Shown here: positions 1 to 34,529 of the stretch, piece by piece
Numbering within the stretch: the stretch's first letter is position 1
Layout of the letters: every line of letters begins with the position of its first letter
DNA from: Chrysomallon squamiferum
Lineage: Eukaryota > Animalia > Mollusca
Direction of reading: 5' to 3'
Length of the DNA stretch: 64,000 nucleotides
Assembly (NCBI GenBank): GCA_012295275.1
Contig: CM022678.1
Span: 4,030,001-4,094,000, forward strand
Notes under the pieces: generated by a model
The model's input: only the letters and a program-made list of their open reading frames with translations
What the model was told of the DNA's origin: nothing
The model's database searches: none
Made by a program: the position numbers and the translations under genes

Positions 1-116
1 TAATTACATTCTTAAAAAGACAATATTTTATTTGTTAAAAGATTTTTCATTTATAGGTTGTGAAACATATAAAACATTCCAACAACAATGTTTAAATTAT
101 TCTAATGTAGCTGTTA

Positions 117-147
<31 letters not shown>

Positions 148-312
148 TTACTTCATGGTTGTGACTTAAGTTCCCATCAGTGGTTGTGACTTTGGTTTTT
201 AGAACTAAATGTGTTTTTTAAATGTTGTAAATTTGTGTGGTTTTTCTGTTTCTTGCATAATAATTACGTTTTCATATTATTTTATAACTCGGTTACCTTC
301 TGTATACCTAAC

Positions 313-348
<36 letters not shown>

Positions 349-641
349 TTTCATAACCCAGCATCATTTGGAATGTATCAATGACCAGTATGGTTTCAGT
401 AAAGTATATTTGTGATTCTTGGTTTTGAATATATTTTTATAATCTGTATTGTATGACTTTTTTGTTTATAGTATTTCTTTTATAAAAGTTCAGTTAAAAT
501 GAAACAAATTTTATTTCATATATTCAAAATGTTTAGACCATAACTCAATGGTTGATTCAGTTTTTTTGTTTCCGGTTTATTTTGTGTTTTTTAATTTTTA
601 ATAAAATGTTTAAAAAGTTTTAAAAATAAAAATAAAAATAA

Positions 642-680
<39 letters not shown>

Positions 681-978
681 GTTATTGTTATTATTGTTGT
701 TATTATAATTATAATTATCTTTTTTATAATATTATCATTACTGTTACTATTGATATTATTATCTAAATACATATTCTGTAAATGTTGCTGTTGCTATCAT
801 TACTCTCATACCCGATTATTATTATTAAGCCTGTTTTATATCCACATTTTGTTATGCTTTTTTTCTGTTATAAAAATATAATACATACATATACGTGTTT
901 GTGTATTCATTTCAAATAGACGTTTATTATTATTGATAGAAATACCAAACATCATTGTTATTTCAATAATTATATTTG

Positions 979-1037
<59 letters not shown>

Positions 1038-1997
1038 TCATATGTAACGTAAAAAATTATCATTTAGACGATTATTTTAATTCTGTGTAAAACTTCATTT
1101 AAACTATCACCTGCAAAATTCAGTTAATTATTCTGTAACACTCTGTTAAATTTAGATTTCTAGGATTTAGCTGTTAAATGAAGCTTGAAAGTCCAAATTC
1201 GTTGGGCTTATTATTATTATTGTTTGTATTTTAGTTTTGTTTATTTATTTACTTATTTATTTATTTAGTTATTCACATACTTCCTTCCTTACTCCCCATA
1301 ATTCGTTTGTTTTTCTAACACCATTATCAAACCTCCAAAGACACCAACACTGAATAAAAAAACCTAAATCACGAAAACATGTAACGTGCGAATACACGTC
1401 GACAGAAATACCATATTCTCCATTTCTTTTTTTTTTTTTTTTTTCAAGAATTATCCGGACCCATATATCTATTTTATTTTATTTCAAAAAGGAATATTGT
1501 TTATAAAACGGCTGCAATAAGGTATAATAAGCAAACAAACAAACAAACAAATAAATAAATAATAATGTTTTTATGTATGTTACGTAATACCAATATATTT
1601 TCTCTGTCCTCACAATTACCGTAAACAACCGCTCTACTTCACCCGACCTAAACCTCTTACCACATATATATATATAAAACATTGATAGGCAAACTGAACA
1701 CAGCATTAACCTCTTATGTAATGTGCTATAAACAGATTAAGTAAGGAAACATAAATCAGAGCAAGACACGTTCATATTGTAGTACAGGAATATGGAGGTT
1801 TGATGATTCATCATGTTGAAATGTATTTCTTTATTAAAATGGTTATGTTTCCTCTAAAATTAAATGCTTGTGCTGAATATGACGATGGAAGCAGAAACTA
1901 AACAAAGAGAAATGATCGAAGGAAGAGTGTTATGAATACTGGTATGTTATTTTTAATTAAACACATAGTTTGGTGTTATTACTAGTTCTTTGTCAAA

Positions 1998-2068
<71 letters not shown>

Positions 2069-2305
2069 GTGTATAGGTATCTAGTAAGACACACACAGAT
2101 TGAAAAATCTATTACATTTTATTCCGATAAGTAGTTATGTCACTGTTATGTTCATATGAATATCGCCATTTCTTTTCTTCTCCACATTTCCTTATTTACA
2201 TAATATTACACATAATTCAGAGCAACCCTGGGTTTTTTTTTTTTTTTAGTAATTTAGGTTACGTGAGTAAATTTGTTAAAGATCATTTTATTTACACACA
2301 CACAC

Positions 2306-2395
<90 letters not shown>

Positions 2396-2677
2396 AGAGA
2401 GAGACACACACACACACACATAGAGTTATAATAAAGCTTTAACAATGTATTTCCTACAACATTAGAAATAGACGTTATTTTCTTTACTCTTCACTTCCAT
2501 TAAAAATTAATCACAAGACCATTTACGTCATCATCGAGACCGTCATTAGCACCAGCGTCATCGTTGTTGTTCGTATTATTTTGTGATGTTGTTGTTGTTA
2601 TTATATGTTGATGATGGTATTTATTATTATTATGATATTTATTATTATTATTGCAGATAGAACTACGAATTTTTAAA

Positions 2678-3545
2678 ATGGCGGAACTAAAAGGCGTCGC
2701 TAACATAAAAGTTCAGAAAGGACCGTTACTCAAGCTACACAAAGGGCCGCTACTCAAGGTACACAAAGGGCCGCTACTCAAAACGACAAAACTGGAACTG
2801 AGCGACACGGTCACAGTTTCCACTAAGGAGTTTGCACTGAGGAATAAAAAATATCTCAAGATGAAGCCGGCGTACGCTAGTAAACCGAAAAACAAACCAC
2901 CACCGCCATCGAAACCGAAAAAGGTTCAAACGCCCGAACCTGATCCTCCACCCGAACCAGAACGAAAACCAGAACCGGTTAAAGAAAAAACACCCGAACC
3001 TGACCCAACACCGCCTCCCGTAGAACCAGAAGAAGAGATAAAGGTGAAAGATAAACAAAAAAAGAAAAAAGAAGAAAAAAATTACATTAAAAACCACAAT
3101 AATAATAATAATTACTAATACTAATAAATGCATACTTCTAATAAAATAACACTGCTGGGGGTACAGGTAATACTACTACTACTACTATTGTAACTACAGG
3201 ACTTCCACTACCATTAGAGCCGCTACCACTACTACTTCAACTACTACGTCACCTATCTCTGTAACTACCACGACTACCATTAAGACTGCCATCTATTAAT
3301 TACTTCTTATAACATTACTAGTAGTACCCTACTAGTTCTACAAGAACTACTACTAATATTGCTCCTGCTGCTGTTATAACTATTACGTCTTCGACTATTG
3401 CGACTACCACTACGTCTATCATTATTATTAATACTATTGCTACTGTTCACTGTTATGACAACTATTACTATAATTGCTATAACTAGACTAACTACGATTA
3501 TAATGACAGCTATCAGAACTACTACTGTTTCTATTACAGTTGTTA

Positions 3546-3639
<94 letters not shown>

Positions 3640-3885
3640 CTCTCTCTGTCTGTCTCTGTTTCTGTCTCTGTCTCTCTCTGTTTCTGTCTCTGTCTCTCAC
3701 TCTGTCTCTCTCTCTCTCTCTCAAACAGATATATTCTATAATAATATTTAGTGATGCTGATGTTTTCTTTTATTATTTCAACTATTAACACAGACTGATG
3801 TAATTAAATTTAATAGGAAATAGAGAGGAAGTTGCCGATGTCTACCGTAGGAACCGTCAAAAGAATGTTGAAGTTGTTTGGTTGA
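2678..3885 (+). CDS. Small orphan Lys/Pro/Glu-rich protein (~144 aa), 2 coding exons (2678-3043, 3817-3885)
   Basis: Acceptor ttgcag at 2651-2656; aaaATGG start at 2678; non-microsatellite ORF MAELKGVANIKVQKGPLLKLHKGPLLKVHKGPLLK...PEPDPPPEPE...EEEIK; donor AAG|GTGAAA at 3043/3044. A phase-0 acceptor at 3816/3817 gives EIERKLPMSTVGTVKRMLKLFG*. An alternative acceptor at 3793 gives TDVIKFNRK*. No family recognised. Confidence 0.6.
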
Positions 3886-4124
3886 TGTATATTAAAAAAA
3901 AAAGACGTCGATGTTGTAACTGTTCTAAAGACGTTTGGTGATCAGAGATTATGAAAATCATCATAATCATCATTATGAAAATCATTATAATCACCATTAT
4001 GAAAATCATCATAATCATCATTATTATTATCTTCGTCATTATCAGTACTATGTTTTGTTATTGTTATTATTGGTGTTGTTTTTGTTGTTGTCACCATCAT
4101 CGTGGTCATCATCATCATCACCAT

Positions 4125-4158
<34 letters not shown>

Positions 4159-4492
4159 ACTCTCTCTATTGTAGATGTTAATGATTTTATAATGCAATAA
4201 AGCTGGATAACTGAAGGAATTAAATATTTATTTATTGAGATATTGTGGTCTCGAAATCTGATAGTAGTTAGAGCGTCAGCTTCTGGGATCGTTTCTCTGT
4301 TCTGTCTTATTTTCATTTGTATCTCTGCACCAAGCGACTAGTTTATCAAAGCAAACAATATACGTACGTACATACATTATATACATGCAAACATACATAC
4401 ATACTACATACATACATACATACATACATACATACATACATACATACATACATACATACATACATACATACATACATACATACATACATACA

Positions 4493-4640
4493 GGTTGGAC
4501 GGTGGCCAAACAGTAACATCGTCTGCCTTCCGACTGGGGCGAATGGGTGTCATACGTTCGAGTCTCGTCAGCGGCATCTGACGGAGTTCGTGAGGTCGTG
4601 AATGGATTTCGGCTTACTGAGCCAGTACGTTCCTGAATAT
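4493..4640 (+). mobile_element. Putative tRNA-derived SINE head
   Basis: GC-richer island between (TACA)n and (TATG)n tracts with A-box-like TGGCCAAACAG (4503) and B-box GTTCGAGTC (4556) at Pol III spacing; no convincing cloverleaf. Confidence 0.4.
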
Positions 4641-5968
4641 TGTCTGTGTGCAGAGTCTATTCAGACGTACATAAGACAGAGAATATTCAAAATCCTAAAC
4701 TACATATATATATATATATGTTTGTGTATGTGTATGTGTGTGTGTGTATATATTACGTACGAGTGTGTGCATGTATGTATGTATGTGTGTATGTATATGT
4801 GTATGTATACATGCAAACATGTACGAGTGTGTGCATGCACGTGTGTGTGTGTTTGTATGTATGTATGTATGTATGTATGTGTGTATGTGTGTATGTATAC
4901 ATGCATGCACGTGTGTGTGTGTTTGTATGTCACCACACTTATACCTGTAACGTATTTGACAGGTGACAGCTGTGTTTCAAAGCTGCTTACAATGTGACGG
5001 ATTAGAAGCGGGTAGATAGGAAATTCGGAATACAGAAGAGAGCACGTTTCAATTGTTTGAACTGAGTTTAATCTCAAAAATACCGTTCAGTCTCACCGCC
5101 CAATGTACAATAATGTGACGTTCTTACAGCAGATGTTTATAATAAGGCATAAACTGTTTTAGAAGTAATATCAGCCTATGTAAGGCCTATGTGAGCGTTT
5201 AGAACTGAGAGAAAGAGCAAAAGAAGCAAAGAAAGACAGAGGAATAAAAAGAAATAGAGTTAAAATAATAAAAACGTAATTTATAGAAAAATTAATATGC
5301 TGTACAATTGAATTAAAAAAACTGGCATATAGGAGTTAATACGTTTTTTAAAAGTATCATATATATGAATGCACACATGAAACAACATAAATACACACGA
5401 TTACGCGTATCTTTAATGGAATATTTAAAATAGCATAAAATGTTTAATACTACTAGTTCTACTACTACTACTCCTAATAATAATATACGACAGTAATGAA
5501 AATATAATGAAAATATAATATTTGCAGTCATAACGACATCTAGTTATGAAAAAAAAAAAAAATAAAACAATAACAACAACAAATTAGAAAGAAAAAAAAA
5601 AAAACTAATTTAAATATATAAAAGGAAAAAAAAAGAAAAGATATATATATCTCAATCCAGTCAAAAATTAATAACTGTCTAACTAATCACATTATAAATG
5701 ACTAATTTATAAATAAATTTATAAATCGAAATTGATAAAAATAATTTGACCAATAACTACAATATAGCTGAATACACTTCGTTAATGTCTGCTTTATTTA
5801 ACCGAAACTTCTGCATTTTAATCATCGTATATATTATTTATTTGTCATTTTTGCTGTCATTACGTTAGAACAAAGAGTTAAGTAAATCCACTGTAATATA
5901 CAATCGCTGTTATTATTAATACGTTTATTGATTCTGACAAGTACCCTGACACGATTTGTTTGCTTTGG

Positions 5969-6008
<40 letters not shown>

Positions 6009-6009
6009 A

Positions 6010-6140
6010 ACAACCAATCACGAGTGAGCATTACGTCACGTGACATCGTAAAACCCTCATGAGGACTTTGGTCGTGGCCTACAGAGTCAAGCTCGCGCAC
6101 AAGATAACCTCATAAATTCATAAACTATAAATAGGGTCGA
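6010..6140 (+). promoter_or_regulatory. Candidate promoter, probably for the GATA gene
   Basis: CCAAT 6014, TTACGTCA 6031 overlapping the palindrome GTCACGTGAC 6035-6044, AGATAA 6102, TATAAATA 6126. Possible non-coding exon donors follow at ~6753 (AG|GTAAAA) and 7765 (GTAAGT). Confidence 0.4.
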
Positions 6141-8086
6141 TCCGAATATATGGTGATAAGAAATGTATATATATATATATAAATTTAAATATTTATTCAG
6201 CAAACCGTTCACAATTATTTCTCTGTTTTGAAAGTAATTCACGATTAGATATTTTTCTTTTATTATATTTTATTTTATTTTTTTTTTTTTTTTTTTTTAA
6301 AGCAGAAGTATTTTACATTACTAGACTTTAACATTTTAAGGTGACATTTTTTTTTTTCCTTCTTTTAAATGTTTATTTTTATTTTATATCCGACAATAAA
6401 AAATGGAGGTCCACTTATAGGATATTTGTCAAGTGTACACACACTTACAAGCATACATGAATAATTACAGCAACGACTTTAAGAACTCAAACAGTTTAGA
6501 AATGTCACTTTAGAACAGTTTCGTTGACCGTTCCACTCGTAAACGAGAATGCAACATGAGTTCGTCTGCTAGGCGCGTGAGAACGTTATGGCGGTGGTCT
6601 TTGACCGCTCCTGCGTCTGCCTCGTGCCGGTCTCGAGCTGTGACGTTTCTCGTCGACGCGTCTGGGATCTGTGACAAACACGACCGAGCAGACGGCAGAG
6701 AAAACAGTCCCTATCTTTCGCTCTATCATTTGTTATCAGGATCAACAAATAAGGTAAAAAAAAAAAAAAAAAGAAAGAAAAAAAAGAAAAAAAAGATAAA
6801 TAAATACTAAAACCATAATTATCATAATCATATAAATTTTTATTAATAAACCGTTAAAAAAAAAAAAAAAAAAAAAAATGGATAAAAAAAAAAAAAAAAA
6901 AATGAAGAATAAAAGTGTGGTTTTTTTTTTTTATTAATTCTATATTTTTCGTACGGATTTATATATTTATTTATTTATCAAATGAGGACTAAGAAATTTT
7001 CGTCGAAGACTTCGGGGGATTATTAAAAAAAACAACAACAAAAAAAAAAACTGTGGTCCGCGTTGTTAACCGAGTCCGCTGACTTGTCAGATATGATGGT
7101 TCCGTTGTGTACTCTGCAATTTAAATAGTCGGGTTATTATCGTTGTTGTTCTTGCTATCAGGAACAACGTTATCATAACAGATCATGGTAATGAAACGGG
7201 CTGTTTCTGATTTATCACAGTTATAGAGAGACGTCAAGACGAATTCCGCTATCAGTTATCCCTCCTCGTTCCTATTACCCAAGTAGCGATAAAATATTTT
7301 TTTTTTTTTGGTTTAACAGTGGCAACCACTGTCTCACTGTTGTAATCGCTACCCAAGTCAAGAAACCGCTTCGGTCTACACCACCGCTTCCCTATTCCCT
7401 CTTTTCGTTACTGTCGTCTGTTAAATTAATATATATTTTTTATTTAATCACCGGTGAATTTTGAAATCGACCTAGATTCAGAGGATGTGCTTCACGGACG
7501 GTATTTTCAAGTCATTTGCGACAAATGACAAGAGTTTTGTGGACTGCACGACGAGTTGTCGTCTGCCACCCGACGTCACCTGAATTTCCAGGTAAGCAGC
7601 CGCTTGAGCTGAGCGGGAAACTGCAGACGGCGGCCATGTTGGCTGAGCTTTGTCACCAAGCGTCGCCGGGTTATTTTCCGTGGTAAATTCCTCACGTCCA
7701 AGACAGATCCGCATCGCGGCTCTGTCTACTTTTGATATACCGAAGTTATATAGTGGGGCAAAGAGTAAGTAATAGCGAAATTACATCGTTCTCAAAGATT
7801 TTTAGTTATCGTTATGTTGTTACATGTGTTATTATTACTATTTCTGTTGCAGATAGGAACTGAATTAAGATTGCCGCGAACTGAATAGGATTTTTTTTTT
7901 TTTTTTTTTTTTTGACGCTCGCCTTTTTTTAATACTTTAATGAAAGATTGGATATTTTAAAGTGTTTCGGAAATTTTGATTGTATTTATTTATTTATTTA
8001 TTTATTTATTTGTACTTTTAATATCGACTTTGTCTTTATTCTATTCCTTCCTATATTATTACATCTGTTTCTATTACTTCTATTAC

Positions 8087-8130
<44 letters not shown>

Positions 8131-8614
8131 CATTTTTTTTTTTTTTTTCTCAACAAATTATGCCTTTAAATCCTTTTGGTTTTTTTTTTTTTTTGGAAGG
8201 GGCAATTTTGTTTTGAAATTTAATCATTTCATTTATACATGCTCAATTATGCGGTATCAAATTAGCGTTCATATATTATTAAAACTCTTTTCTTTAACGG
8301 AAAGTTATATTAACTAAATAATCGTTCATTAATGTACTGTTAATCTACTACCACTCCTACTACTACTACAACTATTATTATTACTTCAATTAGTAAATAT
8401 TAATATGTATTTAGTATTATAAAAATTTAATATATAAATATTATGTTTAATTTATGACCGACCTATTTATATTAAAATTTGTAATAATACGAATGAACTG
8501 GTGTATAAAGATTTACGTTAAATAATTTAATATATATATATTTTTTTGAACAATTTGTTTTAATTAAATATATAATGATCATAATTATTTTAAAATAATT
8601 ATAGTAATATTTTT

Positions 8615-8780
8615 ATTTAAATATAGAATAATTTTAGTTGTTTTAATTTAAATGCATTCTAATCTTAATTATTTAAATACAGAATAATTTTAACTGTTTT
8701 AATTTAAATGTGTTCTAATCTTAATTATTTAAATATAGAATAATTTTAATTGTTTTAATCTAAATGTATTCTAATCATAA
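8615..8780. repeat. ~55-bp AT-rich minisatellite, ~3 copies
   Basis: Repeated tatttaaata(t/c)agaataatttt...gtttttaatttaaatg..ttctaatcttaat unit. Confidence 0.7.
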
Positions 8781-8924
8781 CGATTTTATTATTTTGACAC
8801 ATTCTCCTGAATAGCTAAATCATTAAAGTAGTTCTAAATTTTTAAAGTTAATTGATATATATATATATATATATGCAACTCAAACTGATGTATTATTTTT
8901 AATATGATTTGCCGTGTATGAAAT

Positions 8925-9142
8925 TATTTAACATATAGAAATGTATACAATTATTAAAAGTTTATAATTTTATAATTTGTATGACGGAATATTTCGTCAA
9001 GAGTGTAAAATAAATTATAAATCTGTTTTGATTATAACTGGATCGCGGTATTTTGATATTCTTTATTTCGCGCTTGTATTAAGTAATAATACTTAAATTT
9101 GTGTTTGTATAATAGAGCAAAATGAAATGTAATACAATAAAA
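8925..9142 (+). repeat. Dispersed ~220-bp element, copy 1 (inverted relative to 15943-16165)
   Basis: ataactggatcgcggtattttgatattctttatttcgcgctt is the reverse complement of aagcgcgaaataaagaatatcaaaataccgcgatccagttat at ~16010-16050; similarity extends ~220 bp. Confidence 0.9.
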
Positions 9143-9159
9143 CAAAAATAATTAGATAA

Positions 9160-9210
<51 letters not shown>

Positions 9211-9265
9211 AATTGAATAATGAAAAATAATTTATAAATCGCAATTTAATTAATCCTTGTATGCA

Positions 9266-9303
<38 letters not shown>

Positions 9304-10093
9304 CGTCGTATTTATAATAAATAAAAGAGTGAATAAATTAATGAACGGATGAATGAATAAATAAAATAACTTCTATTGATGTTTGTTTTATAAATAATTT
9401 TATTTCAGAAAATATTCGTTTCCTTATTGCATTTTCCGTGCTTGATTTTTTCCTTTCTTACATATTTCATGAGTGTATTTTAAGGACTCACATTTTACCA
9501 ACCATGCAACCTTTTAAAAGAAACATGAATGAACAGTTTCATTGTTTTATCAGTTCCTTTATCGTTCTGAAAAATAAATATCTTCAGAATCTTTAAATAT
9601 TTTCTTTCTTTCTTTTTTGCTTTTTTGCTTTGTTTCTATTGTCTTTCTGTCTTTCTTTCTTAATTTCTTTTTTATTGTAAAAATAATATATATTTTGTTA
9701 AAAAGAAAACAACTGTTACATATAAAACTATTTATAACAATACTTAAAAAAAAGAAAAAGAAAGAAAAAGAAAAAGAAAAAAAAAGACAAGATCTCAAAA
9801 CATATGAGTAAATAGACTAATGGATTTTATTTTAATAGATTTTATATAAATTTAATTTTTTGTTGTTGCTAGTATATATTTTATCCGGTTGTTTTGTTTG
9901 CAAATATAAGCATTATTATTATTATTATTATTATTATTATGATTATTATGATTATGATTATTATTATTATTGTTATTGTTGTTATTATTATTATTATTAT
10001 TATTGCTTATTATTATTATTATTATTATTATTGTAATCATTATTATTATCATCATTATTATTATTATAATTATTATTATTATTATTATTATTA

Positions 10094-10191
<98 letters not shown>

Positions 10192-10421
10192 CATTATTAT
10201 TATTATTTTTTCTTTCTTCTTTTAATATGACAGATATAGCAGATGTTTACACTGTTTATTTTCAAATTGAGTATTTTAATAATAATAAAAATAAATTACT
10301 GCTATTACTGTTACTACTACTACTACTGCTTATACTATAACCACCACCACCACCACTAAAACTACCACTACTGCTACTACGTTCGTTATTATCAATATTA
10401 TTACTTCTTCTACTACTATTT

Positions 10422-10455
<34 letters not shown>

Positions 10456-10902
10456 AATTTATACTACTTCTACTGCTACCACACAGATACTACTTCTACT
10501 ACTTATGTGACTGCTATAAGCATACACCTACTTCTGCCATTATAATGACAATTTGTACATCTACTACTACTATTACTAACTAGTACTTCTAGTATTTGTT
10601 TTATTCTGCTATTATATACACCTACATCCACCACGATTTATACAACTACTACGACTACTAAATCTGCTGTCGCAATCATCACCGCTATTACTACTGCTAC
10701 TACTACAACTACAACGACAACGACAACTACTACAACTACAACTACAACTACTACTCCTACGACTGCTAGTACCACTACTATTTATTTATTTATTTTTTCA
10801 GGAACGATAAGAAACCGGCACCAGTTACAAAAGCAGATGTAATTATTTTATGAAAACCGGAAGTTGGCCGCCGACATCTTGGTTGACGTCGCCATTTCAG
10901 AA

Positions 10903-29325
<18,423 letters not shown>

Positions 29326-29556
29326 TTTCGTAGAATGAAGTAACAAGACTATTCCATGACAGAATGTAATATGCTTGCCATAAACATTATTATTATTAAT
29401 ATTATTGTTATTATTATTATTATTATTATTATATTATTATTATTATTATTTTGATTATCATGATTATTATTACTTCAGTTATAATTATTCGTATTATTAT
29501 TATTATTATTTTGATTATCATCATTATTATTACTTCAATTATAATTATTCGTATTA

Positions 29557-29597
<41 letters not shown>

Positions 29598-30199
29598 TAG
29601 TTATTTTTATTTTATTTTATTTTTTTATTAATATGTGTTTGTAAAATAATATGTAAAGCAGACATTCTACCCTGTGGTTTTATGAGTACATTTAAACTTT
29701 TATATTGAGACTATGGAATCGTTCAGAATTCCTTATCATACAAAGACAATACGTGGTCATGATTCCTTGCATTCGTCATATCTAATCAATCATCCAGTGA
29801 TATCATTCGGAATATTTGATCATCAAATGATCAGTGTATGTGATCATATGAGGACAGGCTGAGAATGTGCTCTTTTCATACGCCTGTTTTCACACATTCA
29901 AATTATCAGTGTTTATTTTCAGAATATCTGATTGACATACAGAACATGGAAATACAGGCTTTCAGGAATAAACGACGAATGAACATATTTAAATAATTAA
30001 ATTCAGAAAAACAAAAAATATAATTAAGAGAGAAAAAAGTTAATCAGACAGTTAAATTCATTAAATTCTCCAGTGTAAGAAGTAACAGTTTGCTACCCGT
30101 GAAAAAAAATTTAGCTTTGGAAAAAAAAAAGGAGGAAAAAAAAAATATAAAAAAAGAGAAGAAAATGGATGGGGATGGATTATGATGTGACTGTGTGAT

Positions 30200-31910
<1,711 letters not shown>

Positions 31911-32471
31911 TTAGAAAACAATAACAACGACAACGACAAAAGAAGAGAAGAAAAGAAAAATAAAGAAAACAAATATACACATCTATCATTTACAAATATG
32001 TTAAAATACATGAACACAGCATAACTAAAATTTTATTTAGTAACCTCAAACAGCAGAATAAACATGTTAAAATAATTCCAGAATTAAATCTAAATATTTA
32101 TATTTGTTTATAACGACAGAGATGATGCTGATGATTATAATAATAATATAAATAATGAAAACATAAATAAATGAATAAAGTAAAAAGCAAATAAATAAAT
32201 ATATAATAAACAAGTAAGAAAATAAGTCAGTAAAGAAAGAAAGAAAGAAATAAAGAAAAAGAAATAAAGAAAATAATAAACCAATAAAAGTAAAAAGTAA
32301 AAACCAATAAGTAAGTCAGTAAATAAGTCAGTAAGTAAATGAATAAATGAATGAATGAATAAATAAATAAATAAATAAAACATTTTAGTTTTCATTTCCT
32401 AACATTATTTTCAAAATCATTCTTCTCAGATCGGATGCGCATTTATCCCTGTTTTATAGCACAGTCTCTGG

Positions 32472-32951
32472 TTAATGATTTCTTGGAATTCTTCTTCTAT
32501 TTATATCCTCCAAAAGCTCAAGGACGGTTTTGTTTTTCTTTAACGTGTCTACCTGAGCTACAGACGTAACTTGTCGGCAAACTGGACAGACGATTTTAGA
32601 ACCTGATAAACAGCGACGTAAACAACCAACACAAAATGTGTGTTGACAGTTCAGTAACCGTGGATACCGTGAGCTGCTCTGATTACTCTGGTATTTTTCA
32701 AAGCAGTCTCTGCAGCTTAAAATGTCATCTTCTAAAGTCTGCACTGGAATGTAACCACGAACTGGATGGACTCTGATGGTCTGAAGAGAGAGAGAGAAAA
32801 AGTGTGCAAAACTGTCCTATCAATGGTGGTCATATTAATATATAAAGAGGGATGAAAAATAGCTTATCTTATCGTTTCGAATTTAATAGTTTTATTTTCA
32901 TTTTATTTATTAATTCTATTTATGAATATATATATTTTAAATTTATTTTTT

Positions 32952-32983
<32 letters not shown>

Positions 32984-33020
32984 GATTATGATTATGATTA
33001 TGATTATTATTATTAATTAC

Positions 33021-33080
<60 letters not shown>

Positions 33081-33118
33081 TATTATTATTATCATTATTT
33101 TTTTGTTGGTATTATTAC

Positions 33119-33160
<42 letters not shown>

Positions 33161-33162
33161 CA

Positions 33163-33221
<59 letters not shown>

Positions 33222-34079
33222 TACGTCTTTGGTGCAGTAGAACAACACAACCTACAAATCGCTTCTTTCAAACGGCGACGACCTCGTATAATGACCACTA
33301 CAACGTCGATGAAGATCAAAATGCCAAACACTGTTCCAAGTATCATGCCAGTCTTATTTTCAGGAGCTGCAGAGATAAAAATGTCACTGAGTTTTGTAAT
33401 GAATCTGTATTACTGTGTTCACTGCACGTGTACATTAGACAAATCAATTTAAGAGTCTTTCAATCATAGTAAAAGTTAAGACAAAAAATCATCAGTGTTA
33501 GTATTACTATTTTAATTATTATAATTTCATTAGTTTGCTAAATTTAAATATATTTGTAGCACATATATAGATAGAGACATAAACATTCAGACAGACAGAC
33601 AGACAATGAGAGAGATAGATAGATAGATAGATAGATAGACAGATAGATAGATATAGATAGGCTGTTAGGTAAACGTATTTCTATGAATACATGTATGTAT
33701 ATTTGTATGTATGTATCCATGTATGTGTCTCTGTGTAGTATATACGTACGTACGTTCGTGTGTAAATCTGCTTATAGCACTGTACTTCTAACTAACTTAT
33801 CGACTGCTGTGTATCGTGACTGCTTTTAGCTTTGTAGCTAGAAGAAATTGAAAAGCCCATGAAAATAACTGAACTGGAACTGTTAGATTCAGACGTGTAC
33901 ACAGACAGTTACCCTGGGTAAGCACTACGACAACTACTACAACTGTTTTATTATCATTAGAATATTAGTAAATGCTATAAGCTTACAGAATTCTAAATAA
34001 TCTTTTTCTTGATAAAGAAATGTCTGATTATTATTATTGTTCGTGTTATTATTATTATTATTATTATTATTTTTATTAA

Positions 34080-34124
<45 letters not shown>

Positions 34125-34463
34125 TTGTTGTATAATAACTATACCTTTTTATAATTATTATTTTTAATTTAGTTTTATAAATTCTGGGAGAATAATCAAA
34201 TTAAAAATGCTGATATATAGCACTGGGTAATATAAATTTAGATTTACATGTCTGAATATGTGTGTGTGTGTGTTTCAGTGTGTATATATATGTATGTGTG
34301 TTGTGTTTGTGTATGTGGGTATTTACGTGTGAGTGTGTTTAGACAGATATATTGAGATCAAGATAAGAACGTGATTAAGCAAATAAATATATAAATTAAT
34401 CCATTTACCTGTTTTTGTTGAAGATATGAAAATTGAAATTAGAACAAATCTCAGTGAGTCCAT
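32472..34463 (-). CDS. Gene A: ectodomain-less signal peptide-TM-RING protein (~165 aa) or pseudogene
   Basis: Exons 34463-34409 (MDSLRFVLISIFISSTKT, phase 1), 33366-33225 (APENKTGMILGTVFGILIFIDVVVVIIRGRRRLKEAICRLCCSTAPK, phase 2), 32772-32472 (RING CRDC..CQH..CVGC..CPVC). The frame is kept only with the second CAG acceptor (32772); the orthologous acceptor (32780) gives an early stop. Confidence 0.55.
33797..33945. pseudogene. Scrambled CUB-exon remnants inside the gene A intron
   Basis: 33800-33882 (-) is the 3' part of a CUB third exon (SSSVIFMG..SSSYKAK) with an indel and donor GT>AT. 33883-33945 (+) is an inverted fragment of CUB1 exon 1 (LDSDVYTDSYPG|gtaagc vs LESNFYTDNYPG|gtaagt at ~62643). 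Confidence 0.75.
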
Positions 34464-34529
34464 AATTATTAGAGACCAGTACACAAATAAATCCTGATAC
34501 AAACTAACTGTTATAGACACTAATGTACA

